DNA of 64,000 nucleotides from Clostridia bacterium (GCA_045648785.1 JAZROP010000003.1:7074-71073); one strand, 5' to 3'; counted from the stretch's first letter, positions 39,090 to 49,794 are shown. Notes: generated by a model not told the origin, from the sequence alone. Numbers and translations are program-made.

Positions 39090-40841
39090 TTAAGCCTGGG
39101 GTAAAACATATTTTTCTGAATAATATGCATATTTTTCTTTATAAATTGGGCTATCGGATTTGATTGCACGGAGGCTTTCGTGCATATTCAGGTGATTGTG
39201 AGATGTTTCTATAATGCAACCTGAAATGTTAGAACAGTGGTCAGAGGTTCTCTCAAGGTTTGTGAGAAGGTCGGACCAAACAAAACCAGCATCGATAGTA
39301 CATTCGCCCTGCTGAAGTCTTGTAATATGATTTGCACGGAGCTTTTCTTTAAATTTATCAATGATATCTTCAAGAGGCTCAATATCGAAAGCAGCATTTA
39401 CATTGTTGCTCACAAAAGATTCGAGCGCAAGAGCATTAATTTCTTTTACAGCTTCGGTAAGCACCTTAAGCTCACTGTTAGCAAGCGGGGTAAAGATGAT
39501 TTCTTTGTCGCGAAGTTCTTCGGCAGATTCAAGAATGTTAACGGCGTGGTCGGAAATTCGTTCAAAGTCACCGATGAGTCGGAGAAGTCTTGCTGCCTCA
39601 GCACTTTCGTCATCACCAATCTGATGGGAACTGAGTTTTACCAGATAATCACCAATGATATCTTCGTAATGGTCGGTAATTTCCTCCGCATCGCGGATTT
39701 CTTTTGCATCTGCAGATTTGTATTCGAACAGAGCGTTTATACTTTTTGCAAGTGCGCTACAGGATGTTTTTGCCATTTCAATTGCGTATTTATGACAATG
39801 GTCAAGAGCTACGGAAGGAGTAGCAAGCAGACGCTCATCAAGTTCAGATTGTTTTTCGACTGTTTTGGCATCCGGAACAAGCTTGCAAGCAAGCTTTTCC
39901 AAAAGTCCGGAAGCGGGAAGGAGAATGGCAGTACAAAGAATATTAAATATCGAATGTGAAACTGCAATTCCAAAATGAGTTGCTGCAACGCCAAGTATGG
40001 GCGGAGCGATAAGAGCTTTTACAATGTAAAGAACTACAAGAAGAATTGCAGTACCGATTACATTGAAAGAAAGGTGAACAACAGCAACTCGTTTTGCATT
40101 TCTGTTGGCTCCAAAAGAGGAGAGAATTGCGGTGATACAAGTACCAATGTTCTGACCCATAATGATTGGAAGTGACGCACCATAGGTAATTTGACCTGTT
40201 ACGGTGAGCGCTTGTAGAATACCTACGGAAGCCGAGCTGGATTGGATGATTGCTGTAAGGATTGCACCAGCTATAACGCCGAGTATGGGATTTGTAAACA
40301 TTACAAACATCTGCTGGAAAGCTGGTACATCGCGAAGCCCTGCAACTGCACCGGACATTATTTCCATACCGAACATTAAAACTGCAAAGCCGAGCAGAAT
40401 CATGCCGGTATCTTTCTTTTTGGAGCTTTTTAAGAACATATGGAAAATGATGCCGATAAGTGCGAGAACCGGAGTGAAAGAGGTCGGCTTAAATAGTTGA
40501 ACTACAAAGTTTGAACTTTCAATGCCACCCAGACTCAAAATCCATGCGGTAACAGTTGTACCGATATTGGCTCCCATGATTATACCAATTGACTGTTTTA
40601 AAGACATAATTCCCGAGTTAACAAAACCAACTGCCATAACAGTTGTTGCAGAAGAACTCTGTATAACGGCTGTAACGCCGAGACCGGTAAAAAATCCGGC
40701 AATTTTATTTGTGGTGAGTCTGCCAATAAGTGCACTGAGTTTGTTTCCGGCGCGGCGCTCTAAAGCCTGACCCATTACATCCATACCAAAGAGGAATAAA
40801 CATAATCCACCGATTAATTCAAGAATATTAAAAAAATCCAT
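39090..40841 (-). CDS. Na+/phosphate cotransporter family protein (NptA-like) with C-terminal PhoU-like domains
   Basis: MDFFNILELIGGLCLFLFGMDVMGQALE is the Na_Pi_cotrans N-terminus. Duplicated transporter domain and a C-terminal PhoU-like helical region. Confidence 0.8.
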   Translation of the reverse strand: MDFFNILELIGGLCLFLFGMDVMGQALERRAGNKLSALIGRLTTNKIAGFFTGLGVTAVIQSSSATTVMAVGFVNSGIMSLKQSIGIIMGANIGTTVTAWILSLGGIESSNFVVQLFKPTSFTPVLALIGIIFHMFLKSSKKKDTGMILLGFAVLMFGMEIMSGAVAGLRDVPAFQQMFVMFTNPILGVIAGAILTAIIQSSSASVGILQALTVTGQITYGASLPIIMGQNIGTCITAILSSFGANRNAKRVAVVHLSFNVIGTAILLVVLYIVKALIAPPILGVAATHFGIAVSHSIFNILCTAILLPASGLLEKLACKLVPDAKTVEKQSELDERLLATPSVALDHCHKYAIEMAKTSCSALAKSINALFEYKSADAKEIRDAEEITDHYEDIIGDYLVKLSSHQIGDDESAEAARLLRLIGDFERISDHAVNILESAEELRDKEIIFTPLANSELKVLTEAVKEINALALESFVSNNVNAAFDIEPLEDIIDKFKEKLRANHITRLQQGECTIDAGFVWSDLLTNLERTSDHCSNISGCIIETSHNHLNMHESLRAIKSDSPIYKEKYAYYSEKYVLPQA

Positions 40842-40982
40842 TTCTCATTTCCTTTCGTTTATAACTATTGTTGCCAAATGTATATAAACTTATATTATTG
40901 TTAATTATAAAATTTTCAACTTTCACCAAATAAATTATATTGCAAACCATACAAAAAAAGAAGAGGGTTTAAATCCTCTTCT

Positions 40983-42152
40983 TTAATAACAACTGTCAAA
41001 TATTTCTTTTATAATATCATAATCCATATTAATATAACTTTTTACACTACGAGATTTCCCAAAGGTGCAAAGGTCAGCCAACCTTTGGGTGCAGTTTTGG
41101 GGAATTTCAAATTCACGGAGCGTGGACGGCATACCAATAAACTTAAAGAATTGTATCATTTTCTCTATGCCATTTATAGCCGCCGCTTCATCATCGCTAT
41201 CTGTTACATCCCACACTCGCCTTGCAAACTGAGCGAACCGGGAAATGTTATTTTTGTAAACATATTTTGCCCAGGCAGGGAATAAAACTGCAAGACCGGC
41301 ACCATGTGCAATCTGTGTATATTCACCGCTGAGAGCATGCTCAAGTTGATGGACAGGAAGAGCGTTTTCTCTGCCGCAACCGGTCAGGTCGTTGTGAGAA
41401 AGGCTTGATGCCCACATCATATTTGCTCGGGCGTTATAGTCGCGAGGGTTGTCCATTAAAACGGTGCCTGCTTCAACAACAGATTTTAAAATACTTTCGG
41501 ACAGTCTATCTGTAAGCGGAGTTGGGTCAAGAGGCATAAAATAGCGTTCCATGGTGTGCGCCATAATATCAACAATTCCGCAGGCCGTCTGATATTTGCT
41601 GACGCTGTATGTCAGCTCAGGATTCATAATTGCAAACTTACAGCGGTTGAAATCGCTGTTAAAGCCACGCTTCATATTAAGCTCTTCGTTAGTGATAACT
41701 GCCGACGAGCTCATTTCACTACCAGCTGCCGCAAGTGTAAGAATACAAGCCACGGGAAGTCCGTTTTCAGGGGTGTTTTTGCGAGAGGGAAAATCCCATA
41801 CATCGCAATCGTTTGCTGCACCGGCAGCGGTATATTTACAGGAGTCAATAACGCTTCCACCGCCGACCGCTAAAATTAATTCAACTTTTTCTTCTTTGGC
41901 AACTTTTATGGCATTTCTAGCAAATTCAAGGGTTGGATTAGGGGATACACCACCCATTTCCACAATCTCAATTCCGCTTGCTTTAATCGAAGCTATAACT
42001 TCGTCGTAAAGACCGGACTTTTTAATGCTTTCCTTTCCATACTGCATCATAATTTTACGGTATCCGAAGCCTTTTATTATTTCGCCTACATCCTTGTGTT
42101 TATCTCTGCCGAAATAAACTTTTGTAGGAGCATAATAAGTAAAATCTAACAT
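40983..42152 (-). CDS. Iron-containing alcohol dehydrogenase (butanol-dehydrogenase-like, group III ADH)
   Basis: PTKVYFG..., GGGSVID and His-rich metal-binding region. 389 aa. Confidence 0.8.
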   Translation of the reverse strand: MLDFTYYAPTKVYFGRDKHKDVGEIIKGFGYRKIMMQYGKESIKKSGLYDEVIASIKASGIEIVEMGGVSPNPTLEFARNAIKVAKEEKVELILAVGGGSVIDSCKYTAAGAANDCDVWDFPSRKNTPENGLPVACILTLAAAGSEMSSSAVITNEELNMKRGFNSDFNRCKFAIMNPELTYSVSKYQTACGIVDIMAHTMERYFMPLDPTPLTDRLSESILKSVVEAGTVLMDNPRDYNARANMMWASSLSHNDLTGCGRENALPVHQLEHALSGEYTQIAHGAGLAVLFPAWAKYVYKNNISRFAQFARRVWDVTDSDDEAAAINGIEKMIQFFKFIGMPSTLREFEIPQNCTQRLADLCTFGKSRSVKSYINMDYDIIKEIFDSCY

Positions 42153-42155
42153 TTT

Positions 42156-42833
42156 TTACATCCTTTCAAGTAATATTTTAAGCTCCGAAAGAGCATAAAT
42201 TTCATAATCGGGCAAGTCGGATTTTTCATCAGAGGGGTTAAACCACACTGTTTTAATTCCGGCATTTTTGCCGCCAATAATGTCGGCGGAAATACTGTCT
42301 CCCACAATGATTGTTTCCTCTTTTTTGAAATCGGGGATGTTTAAAAAACAGTAGTCAAAAAATTCTTTCTGCGGTTTTTCAAAACCTATCTGCTGAGATA
42401 TAAAATGATTTTCGAAAAAATCAGTTATACCTGTGTTTTTCATCCGGCCCTGCTGACAGATGAGCGTACCATTTGACACTACATAAAGGCGGTATTTGTT
42501 ATGCAAACACTCTAAAAGCTCAAGCGCGCCTTCCATTAAATCGCCTTCTTCGGAAAGCTTTTGTTCATAATATGCTGTTGTCTTTTCGGGAGAGACAGCT
42601 ACATTATATTCGTTAAAAAGCTGTCGGTATCTGCCGGTTTTAACCTCGGCACGGGTAAGCTCGCCGCGTTCAAGTCGTTTCCAATGCTCAAGATTTATCT
42701 CACTGTATCTGCGGAGCATTTTTTCATCGGGAGTAATCCCAAAAAAAGTGAGAGTTTTTGTAAGAGCCTTTTTTTCGCTGGCGTAAAAGTCAAAAAGCGT
42801 GTTGTCAAGGTCAAATAAGATATTTTTTATCAT
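42156..42833 (-). CDS. HAD-IA family hydrolase (YjjG-like nucleotidase/phosphatase)
   Basis: DLDNTL motif I near the N-terminus and VGDS...D near the C-terminus. Confidence 0.75.
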   Translation of the reverse strand: MIKNILFDLDNTLFDFYASEKKALTKTLTFFGITPDEKMLRRYSEINLEHWKRLERGELTRAEVKTGRYRQLFNEYNVAVSPEKTTAYYEQKLSEEGDLMEGALELLECLHNKYRLYVVSNGTLICQQGRMKNTGITDFFENHFISQQIGFEKPQKEFFDYCFLNIPDFKKEETIIVGDSISADIIGGKNAGIKTVWFNPSDEKSDLPDYEIYALSELKILLERM

Positions 42834-42897
42834 AGGATATCTTCTCCTGAGCGTTCTATACTGTTAGTAAAAATCCGGGCGGTTTGCCCGGATATAA

Positions 42898-44316
42898 TCA
42901 GCTTTCAGCAATAGGAAGTTCAAACCAGAATGTTGAACCTTTACCCTGCTCACTTATTATACCAAAATTGGTGTTATGAAGAAGCAGTATATTTTTTACG
43001 ATTGACAAACCTATGCCTGTTCCCACCTGCATACGATGGTGAGAGGAAGAAGATTTGTAATAACGGTCCCAAACAAGCGCCTGATCTTCCGGAGGAATAC
43101 CTTTTCCTGTATCGGTGACGCATATGCGTAGCATATCTTCGCGGATATGTGTTGATAGGGTTACTGATTTGTCGTCTCCAGTATAGTTTACCGCATTGCT
43201 TATAAGATTATATATTACCTGTTTAATGCGCGTCTGGTCACCTAGAACCATTTGATTATCGCCGCAGGTTACATTAAAAGTATAACCGTTTTTTTCGGCA
43301 AGGACATTAAAGCTGTTTAGAGCTTTTGAAATTGTATCTGAAATGTTAAATGGAGCGACATTTATTGTGAGTACCCCTGATTCCATTTTTGAAAGGTCCA
43401 GAATATCGGATACAAGACTGGAAAGTCTGTCCGATTCGTCTATAATAACATTTGCATGGTTGTTGCGTTTTTCGGGATTACTGCCCGAAATGTCGTGAAT
43501 CATTTCTGCATAAGAACGGATAATGGTAAGTGGTGTTCTTAAATCGTGAGATACATTTGCCACAAGGTCTCGCCTTAAAGCGTCAGTTTTTTCAAGCTCT
43601 GCAGCTGCGTGATTGAGAGAATCTGCAAGCTGGTTTATCTCAGTATAGCCGCCGTGCTCAAATTTTACTTGATAGTTTCCGCTGGCAAAATCCGAAGCGC
43701 TCGCTGTCATATTTGAAAGTGGTTTTGCCAGACGGTTTGCGATAAAATATGAAAGTATAAACGAAATTAAAAGAGCGGCTATGGTAACAATTATCAGCTG
43801 CATTTTTAACACCTGAATAGTTGCACCTACGGGGGCTAGCGGTGAAGTCAGGCATAAATAGAGATTGCTACCCGAATCCGATGATTTAAGCTTTGCTCCA
43901 AATATTACTGATTTATATCCTTTTGAAATATCTCCCGACACAAAGGAGACGGTTTCTGTTACAGACCTTTCAAGACGGGAAACAACTTCGGGAAAAATTT
44001 TTAAAGATTGTGGAGATCTTGGATAAAAAACCACATCCGCGCCAAACATGGTAACTCCGTTTTCATTATAAACACCCACAGACAATCCATTGTCAAAATG
44101 AGCTTTTAAAACAATTTCCGAAAGTTTTGTCGGGTCTGCTTTATATTCTCTGACAAATTTTTTGCCTGTTCGTGTAATTTCAGATATTTTCATTGTTTCA
44201 TAAAAACTGTTCATGAAAAATATCTGCATAATCCATAAAAGAGCTACAATTATGGTGGCGAACATACCGAAATATATCCATAGCTTATGCTTTAAATCAA
44301 AAGTTTTACGAGGCAT
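42898..44316 (-). CDS. Sensor histidine kinase (two TM helices, HAMP, HisKA, HATPase_c)
   Basis: H-box HDLRTPLT and G-box TGKGIPPE...GTGIGLSIVK. Confidence 0.8.
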   Translation of the reverse strand: MPRKTFDLKHKLWIYFGMFATIIVALLWIMQIFFMNSFYETMKISEITRTGKKFVREYKADPTKLSEIVLKAHFDNGLSVGVYNENGVTMFGADVVFYPRSPQSLKIFPEVVSRLERSVTETVSFVSGDISKGYKSVIFGAKLKSSDSGSNLYLCLTSPLAPVGATIQVLKMQLIIVTIAALLISFILSYFIANRLAKPLSNMTASASDFASGNYQVKFEHGGYTEINQLADSLNHAAAELEKTDALRRDLVANVSHDLRTPLTIIRSYAEMIHDISGSNPEKRNNHANVIIDESDRLSSLVSDILDLSKMESGVLTINVAPFNISDTISKALNSFNVLAEKNGYTFNVTCGDNQMVLGDQTRIKQVIYNLISNAVNYTGDDKSVTLSTHIREDMLRICVTDTGKGIPPEDQALVWDRYYKSSSSHHRMQVGTGIGLSIVKNILLLHNTNFGIISEQGKGSTFWFELPIAES

Positions 44317-44327
44317 ACAAACACCCC

Positions 44328-44993
44328 CTAATCTTCAAATTTATAACCAAGACCTCTTAGGGTTACAATGTGGTCACGGTATTTTCCAAGGCTGGTCCGA
44401 AGCATTTTTATGTGAGCGTCAATGGTTCGGTCGTCGCCGTAAAAGTCAAACCCCCAAACATCGGTTAAAAGCTTTTCGCGGGAGAGCGCAATGTTTTTAT
44501 TGCGAACAAGGTAAAACAGAAGTTCGTACTCTTTTGGGGTCATATCAGCCCTTTCGCCATCAACAAAAACGTTTCTGCCGGGTATGTCTATTTCAAGTCC
44601 ATCAATTTTAATAATATTATCGCTTTTATCCGGTTTATGGCGTGAAATTATAACTTTCACGCGCGCCATAACTTCTTTTGGTGAAAAGGGTTTGACAACA
44701 TAGTCATCTGCACCGATTTCAAAACCAAACAGCTTGTCATATTCCTCGCTGCGGGCTGAAAGCATTATAACGGGTGTGTCTGAAAATTTCTTTATTTCCT
44801 TGCAAGCGGAAAAGCCGTCCAGACGCGGCATCATTACATCCATAATAATAAGGTCAAAGGATTGTTCTTTGCAAATAGCAACTGCTTCCATTCCGTCTTT
44901 TGCTTCAACAACCTCATAACCTTCAAAGGTAGCATATTCTTTTAAAACCTCGCGGATTTTATCCTCTTCATCAACCACAAGTAAACGATACAT
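44328..44993 (-). CDS. OmpR-family response regulator
   Basis: Receiver domain (DVMMP, phosphoacceptor Asp context) plus a winged-helix C-terminus. Translationally coupled to the kinase. Confidence 0.85.
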   Translation of the reverse strand: MYRLLVVDEEDKIREVLKEYATFEGYEVVEAKDGMEAVAICKEQSFDLIIMDVMMPRLDGFSACKEIKKFSDTPVIMLSARSEEYDKLFGFEIGADDYVVKPFSPKEVMARVKVIISRHKPDKSDNIIKIDGLEIDIPGRNVFVDGERADMTPKEYELLFYLVRNKNIALSREKLLTDVWGFDFYGDDRTIDAHIKMLRTSLGKYRDHIVTLRGLGYKFED

Positions 44994-45036
44994 AGGCGGT
45001 CATCCTCTCTGGAATAATATCCGATTAATTATTTTT

Positions 45037-45897
45037 TTAATCGTGTTTTTCATATACCTGGTTTTCATCCCAAAGCTGCTCTAAAGTTTCAAAACTTTTG
45101 CAAATCTGGTCTTTTCTGTTAAGGCCCAGTGCCACTATAAGTGAGTTCACAAGGCTGAATGGAGCAGCAACCGAGTCAACAAAGCATACCATATTGCTAG
45201 CAGCTACCAGCGTGTGCGAAGCGTTTGTTGTTATGGGTGAGGCGGGCGAATCAGTAATAGCAATAATTCCACTGCCTCTTTTTGCGGCGTGCTCGGTTGC
45301 GGCAACCGCACGCTTTGCGTATCTTGGGAAACTTATTACTATAAGCACATCATCGCTGCCTATATTGATAAGCTGTTCTGAAATTTCGCTTAAACTGTTG
45401 GACTGCACAAGGTGAACATTATCAAACATTAGTTTTAGGTAATATGATAAAAATCCGGCAAGTGCCGAAGAACTTCTGAGACCTAAAATATAAATTTTTC
45501 GGGCGGATAAAATCATATTTATCGCGCCATCAAAAGCTTTCGGATCAAGACCTGACATGGTCTGGCGGATATTTGAAAGGTCGGACTGCATAACTGTGCG
45601 GACAATATTGTCATTTCCTGCAGTTCGCGAAAGGGAAAGTTCGATTCTTTGCAGGGTTGTCAGTCTGTTTTTTATAATTTCCTGAAGATTATACTGAAAA
45701 TCAATATACCCGTCAAAACCCAGTTCGGAGGCAAAACGAACAACAGTTGATTCGCTTGTGCCTACTGCTTGTCCTAGTTTTAATGCCGTCATAAAAGCGG
45801 CCTTGTCGTAATCGGACAAAATAAAGTCGGCAATTTTTTTCTGTCCCTTACTGAATGAGGGATAGCTTTCTTTAATGGTTTTTAATAAATCAATCAT
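45037..45897 (-). CDS. MurR/RpiR-family transcriptional regulator (HTH_6 plus SIS domain)
   Basis: MIDLLKTIKESYPSFSKGQKKIADFIL is a typical RpiR N-terminus. SIS-type sugar-phosphate-binding C-terminus. Confidence 0.8.
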   Translation of the reverse strand: MIDLLKTIKESYPSFSKGQKKIADFILSDYDKAAFMTALKLGQAVGTSESTVVRFASELGFDGYIDFQYNLQEIIKNRLTTLQRIELSLSRTAGNDNIVRTVMQSDLSNIRQTMSGLDPKAFDGAINMILSARKIYILGLRSSSALAGFLSYYLKLMFDNVHLVQSNSLSEISEQLINIGSDDVLIVISFPRYAKRAVAATEHAAKRGSGIIAITDSPASPITTNASHTLVAASNMVCFVDSVAAPFSLVNSLIVALGLNRKDQICKSFETLEQLWDENQVYEKHD

Positions 45898-46912
45898 GGT
45901 CTTCCGCCTTTCGAGCAATGTAAAATACCTTTTGAGCATTTCTTGATGGGGAATTCAAAGTCAGGTCGTCAAAAGAATCAAGAACCTCAAAACCGCATTT
46001 TGTAAGCAGTCGTTTTATAAAAGAATCGGTATATGCCCGCTGATAGTGTGTTTCGCTGTGACGAGTGTATGTTTCACCGTTTTTTATGAAAAAGTTAAGA
46101 GTGAATTCACAGATTGAGTAGTCTGGATCGTAAACATTTTCCCAAGCGTAAAAAGCTTTGTCACTTTCACCGCAGAAGGTGTTTCCGGGGAGAATATTTT
46201 TAAGCTTGTACGCCGTATTTATATCAAATATGAACAGACCATCTGGGTCCAGATAGTTGTGTACAAGACGGAAAGTCTGTTCAAGCTCTTTTTCTTCAGT
46301 AATATAGTTAATACTGTCAAGCAGGCTTATAACTGCACCCACAGAACCATAAAGTTCAAAGTCCTCCATTGGCTGATTAAGATATAGTATATCAAGCCCG
46401 TCATTGACGGCTTTTTCGGAAGCGACGGCAAGCATTTCGGGCGACATATCAACACCAATCATGCTGTAGCCCTTTTTTGCCATGAGTGTAGTCATTGTGC
46501 CCGTACCACAACCAAGGTCGAGAATAATTTCCGGTTCACAACCATATCTGCGTAAAAGACCGGTTATATAATCTGCACGGCGGACATATTCAACATCCTC
46601 GGTCAGACTATCGTAAACCTCTGCAAATATGGAATATGGATTTGATGGGGTGCGTTCGACAAGTTGGGAAAGCTCAATTCCACTATCAAAAAGAGCCTCG
46701 CGGATTTTGGACATAATAACAGCGCTGCTTTCGACAGAGGCGGCAATTTCCCCCGGAGTTTTGCCTTCCTCGAACATAAGGGCAGTCTGAAGCCTGTCTG
46801 TAAGTACAGATTGTTCATCGTCAGAAAGAATAATGTCAAAAACGCGGTTGCAAGTTTCGGGGTCACCTATATTTGAAAATAATCTGTAAAGTAAAGTTTT
46901 ATCTTTTTCCAT
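45890..46912 (-). CDS. Fusion protein: N-terminal YerC/YecD (TrpR-like) domain and C-terminal class I SAM-dependent methyltransferase
   Basis: The N-terminal approximately 95 aa (LLYRLFSNIGDPETCNRVFDIILSDDEQSVLTDRLQTALMFEEGKTPGEIAASVESSAVIMSKI) resemble YerC/YecD. The C-terminus has the LDLGCGTGTMT motif I. The second ATG at 46912 has an AGGA RBS. Confidence 0.65.
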   Translation of the reverse strand: MEKDKTLLYRLFSNIGDPETCNRVFDIILSDDEQSVLTDRLQTALMFEEGKTPGEIAASVESSAVIMSKIREALFDSGIELSQLVERTPSNPYSIFAEVYDSLTEDVEYVRRADYITGLLRRYGCEPEIILDLGCGTGTMTTLMAKKGYSMIGVDMSPEMLAVASEKAVNDGLDILYLNQPMEDFELYGSVGAVISLLDSINYITEEKELEQTFRLVHNYLDPDGLFIFDINTAYKLKNILPGNTFCGESDKAFYAWENVYDPDYSICEFTLNFFIKNGETYTRHSETHYQRAYTDSFIKRLLTKCGFEVLDSFDDLTLNSPSRNAQKVFYIARKAEDHD

Positions 46913-46956
46913 TGTTTTCATCCTAAAAAATATTCCTGCACATATAGTACAGGAAT

Positions 46957-46985
46957 ATTATAACACAAGCTTTGAAAAATTTCAA
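46957..46985 (-). promoter_or_regulatory. Sigma-A-type promoter (reverse strand) TTGAAA-17-TATAAT with extended TG, overlapping the trkH terminator hairpin
   Basis: Reverse complement reads TTGAAATTTTTCAAAGCTTGTGTTATAAT. Confidence 0.4.
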
Positions 46986-46994
46986 TAATTCCCA

Positions 46995-48431
46995 TTACTT
47001 TTTCCATGTGAATGGAGAGAAAAGTATAAGCATTGGGAATATTTCCAATCTGCCTATAAGCATATTAAGAGAAAGTATAACCTTGGAAAAAGCTGAATAT
47101 GCAGAAAAGTTCTGTGTCGGTCCTACTCCGCCAAGACCGGGACCAATGTTGTTGATTGCTGAAATTACAGCAGTAACATTTGTGGTAAAATCAAAATTAT
47201 CCACGCTGATAAGAAGTACAGATATAACAAGAATTACCATATATGAAGCAATAAATACATTTATTGACCGTACTGTTTCGTGCTCCACAAGACGGTTATC
47301 GATGGTAATTTTTTTTGTAAGACCGGGCTGTGTGGAAAGTTTTACTTCCTTAACAATACTCTTTAAAAGTACAAGTATTCTGGAAACCTTTATTCCGCCA
47401 CCGGTACTTCCAGCACATGCTCCCACAAACATCAAAAGGACTAAAATGGATTGCGAAAGTGCAGGCCATTTATCAAAATCGTTTGTCATAAATCCGGTTG
47501 TGGTTATAATTGAGCCAACCTGAAAAGCGCTGTGGCGGATTGTTTCGCCTGCGCTTTCAAACAAATGATGACAGTTAAATGAGATGATGGTGATTGCTAC
47601 GATAATTATGCCGATATAGGTGCGAAGTTCCTCTGATTTCAGCACAGACTTTACTTTGCCACAGAGCAGTAAATAGTAAAGAGAAAAATTCACACCAAAA
47701 AGTATCATAAACACAGTAATAACATTCTGAATATAAGGCGAATAGCTTGCTATACTGTCATTTCTGATTCCAAAACCGCCAGTACCGGCGGTGCCGAAAG
47801 CGGTTGTAAGTGCTTCGAATAAAGACATACCGCCGCAGAGTAGAAAAATTACTTCAAGCAGAGTAAAACACAGATAAATTGTGTATAAAATTCCGGCTGT
47901 TGTTTTAACTTTCGGTACGAGCTTTGTAACGGCAGGACCGGTAGATTCCGCACGGATAAGATGCAGGTTGTGTCCGCCCGAAAGGGGAAGAAGCGATACT
48001 AAAAATACTAAAACTCCCATGCCACCCAGCCAATGAGTAAAGCTGCGCCAGAATAACAGCGATTTCGGTATAGCTTCAACATTTTTTAAAATTGAGGCAC
48101 CTGTTGTTGAAAATCCCGAAACCGTTTCAAAAAATGCATCTATAAAGCCAGGAATACTACCTGAAATTATAAATGGGAAGCAGCCAAAGATACTGAGTGT
48201 AATCCAACTGAGTGCAACAGTAATAAACCCCTCTTTGGCGTACATTGTTTTGTTTTTCGGCAATTGATATGTCAAAGGTATGCCGACAAAAAGGCAGATG
48301 AGGGGTGAAAGCGATAGAGCCATTAAACCGTTGTCACCATAGATGATTGCACATATGAGCGGCAAAAGCATAGCCGCAGCTTCAATGTTTAAAACCCATC
48401 CAAGGATATAAAAAATCATTCTGTAATTCAT
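46995..48431 (-). CDS. trkH: TrkH/KtrB-family potassium uptake membrane subunit
   Basis: 478 aa with repeated MPM motifs and GxG-type selectivity sequences (STTGF). Confidence 0.85.
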   Translation of the reverse strand: MNYRMIFYILGWVLNIEAAAMLLPLICAIIYGDNGLMALSLSPLICLFVGIPLTYQLPKNKTMYAKEGFITVALSWITLSIFGCFPFIISGSIPGFIDAFFETVSGFSTTGASILKNVEAIPKSLLFWRSFTHWLGGMGVLVFLVSLLPLSGGHNLHLIRAESTGPAVTKLVPKVKTTAGILYTIYLCFTLLEVIFLLCGGMSLFEALTTAFGTAGTGGFGIRNDSIASYSPYIQNVITVFMILFGVNFSLYYLLLCGKVKSVLKSEELRTYIGIIIVAITIISFNCHHLFESAGETIRHSAFQVGSIITTTGFMTNDFDKWPALSQSILVLLMFVGACAGSTGGGIKVSRILVLLKSIVKEVKLSTQPGLTKKITIDNRLVEHETVRSINVFIASYMVILVISVLLISVDNFDFTTNVTAVISAINNIGPGLGGVGPTQNFSAYSAFSKVILSLNMLIGRLEIFPMLILFSPFTWKK

Positions 48432-48435
48432 AGCG

Positions 48436-49794
48436 TTATCTTAAAATATCTCCTATATCGTTAAAGCCTTTATGAGTTGTAACAACAATAACATTATCCC
48501 CAGGCAGAATCATATCGCTGCCTCGCGGAGTTATTACCTGTCCACTACGGATTATGCAGGCTATAAGTGTGTTGTCTTTGGTATCTAGCTTTTCGAGAGT
48601 AATATCCGTAACAGGTGAGCTGTCGGTTATATGGAACTCAAGAGCTTCCGCTTTACCCTCCAAAATAAGATGCATAGTTTCTATATTACTGCCGATGGAG
48701 TTGTGCATTGCCCGAACAAATTTAACAATATATTCAGCGGTAAGGTCTTTAGGGTATATAATTGAGCCTAAATCAAGACCGCCAACAACATCGTCATATT
48801 CAATCCTGTTTATCTTGGTTACAAGTTTGGCGTCTGAGCAGGATTTTGCAAACAGAGAAAGAATAACATTTTCCTCGTCAATATTGGTAAGAGGGACAAA
48901 AGAATCGGCATGAGTAAGCCCAGATTCTAAAAGAAGCTTTTTTTCTGTTCCATCACCTTTGATAATTGTTGCCTTGGGAAGAGCCTGACAAAGTGCATCG
49001 CACTTTTCCTGATTTTGTTCAATTATTTTCACTTCAACCCCAGATTGCAAAAGGCGACTGGCGAGGTAATATGAAATTGGACCTCCGCCGACAATTATTG
49101 TATTTTTTACGCTGCCGGTTGGAATATTTACTTTTTTGAAAAATTTTGTGGCATTACTTACAGTGGAAACAATGCTGATAAAATCACCCTGTTTCATAAC
49201 AAAGTTACCATCGGGAATAAAAGCTTCCTCGCCGCGTTCTACACCGCATACGAGTATATCGCACCCCAGCTTTGATGCCATGTCCATAATTTTAAGATTA
49301 TTAAGGACAGAGCCTTCGAGTATGCGGAATTTGAGTATTTCTATTCTGCCTTTTGAGAAGGTGTCAATCTGAATGGCAGAGGGGAAATGCAGAATTCGAG
49401 CTATTGCATTTGCAGCAGTCAGCTCCGGATTTATAATCATAGCAAGACCGAGGTCCTCCTTGAAGAGATGAACCTCTTTAATATATTCGGGTTTTCTGAC
49501 TCTGGCAATGGTTTGGCAGTTACCTACTTTTTTAGCAACGAGACAGGAGATCAGGTTAAGTTCGTCCGAGCCTGTAACAGAAATGAGTATATCTGAGTCT
49601 TCTACGCCTGCTTCAGTCAGGGTATCAATACTTGTACCGCTGCCGCATACACCCATTATATCGTACTGGTTTGTCACATCCTGAACAACCGAGTATCTGG
49701 GGTCAATAACTGTAATATCGTGTAAATTTTCCTGGCTGAGTTTTTCAGCAAGCTTCTGACCAAGTTTGCCGCAACCAACAATTATAATTTTCAT
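48436..49794 (-). CDS. trkA: Potassium uptake protein TrkA (tandem NAD-binding RCK domains)
   Basis: MKIIIVGCGKLG Rossmann motif, repeated in the second half (IIVGGGPIS). Confidence 0.85.
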   Translation of the reverse strand: MKIIIVGCGKLGQKLAEKLSQENLHDITVIDPRYSVVQDVTNQYDIMGVCGSGTSIDTLTEAGVEDSDILISVTGSDELNLISCLVAKKVGNCQTIARVRKPEYIKEVHLFKEDLGLAMIINPELTAANAIARILHFPSAIQIDTFSKGRIEILKFRILEGSVLNNLKIMDMASKLGCDILVCGVERGEEAFIPDGNFVMKQGDFISIVSTVSNATKFFKKVNIPTGSVKNTIIVGGGPISYYLASRLLQSGVEVKIIEQNQEKCDALCQALPKATIIKGDGTEKKLLLESGLTHADSFVPLTNIDEENVILSLFAKSCSDAKLVTKINRIEYDDVVGGLDLGSIIYPKDLTAEYIVKFVRAMHNSIGSNIETMHLILEGKAEALEFHITDSSPVTDITLEKLDTKDNTLIACIIRSGQVITPRGSDMILPGDNVIVVTTHKGFNDIGDILR

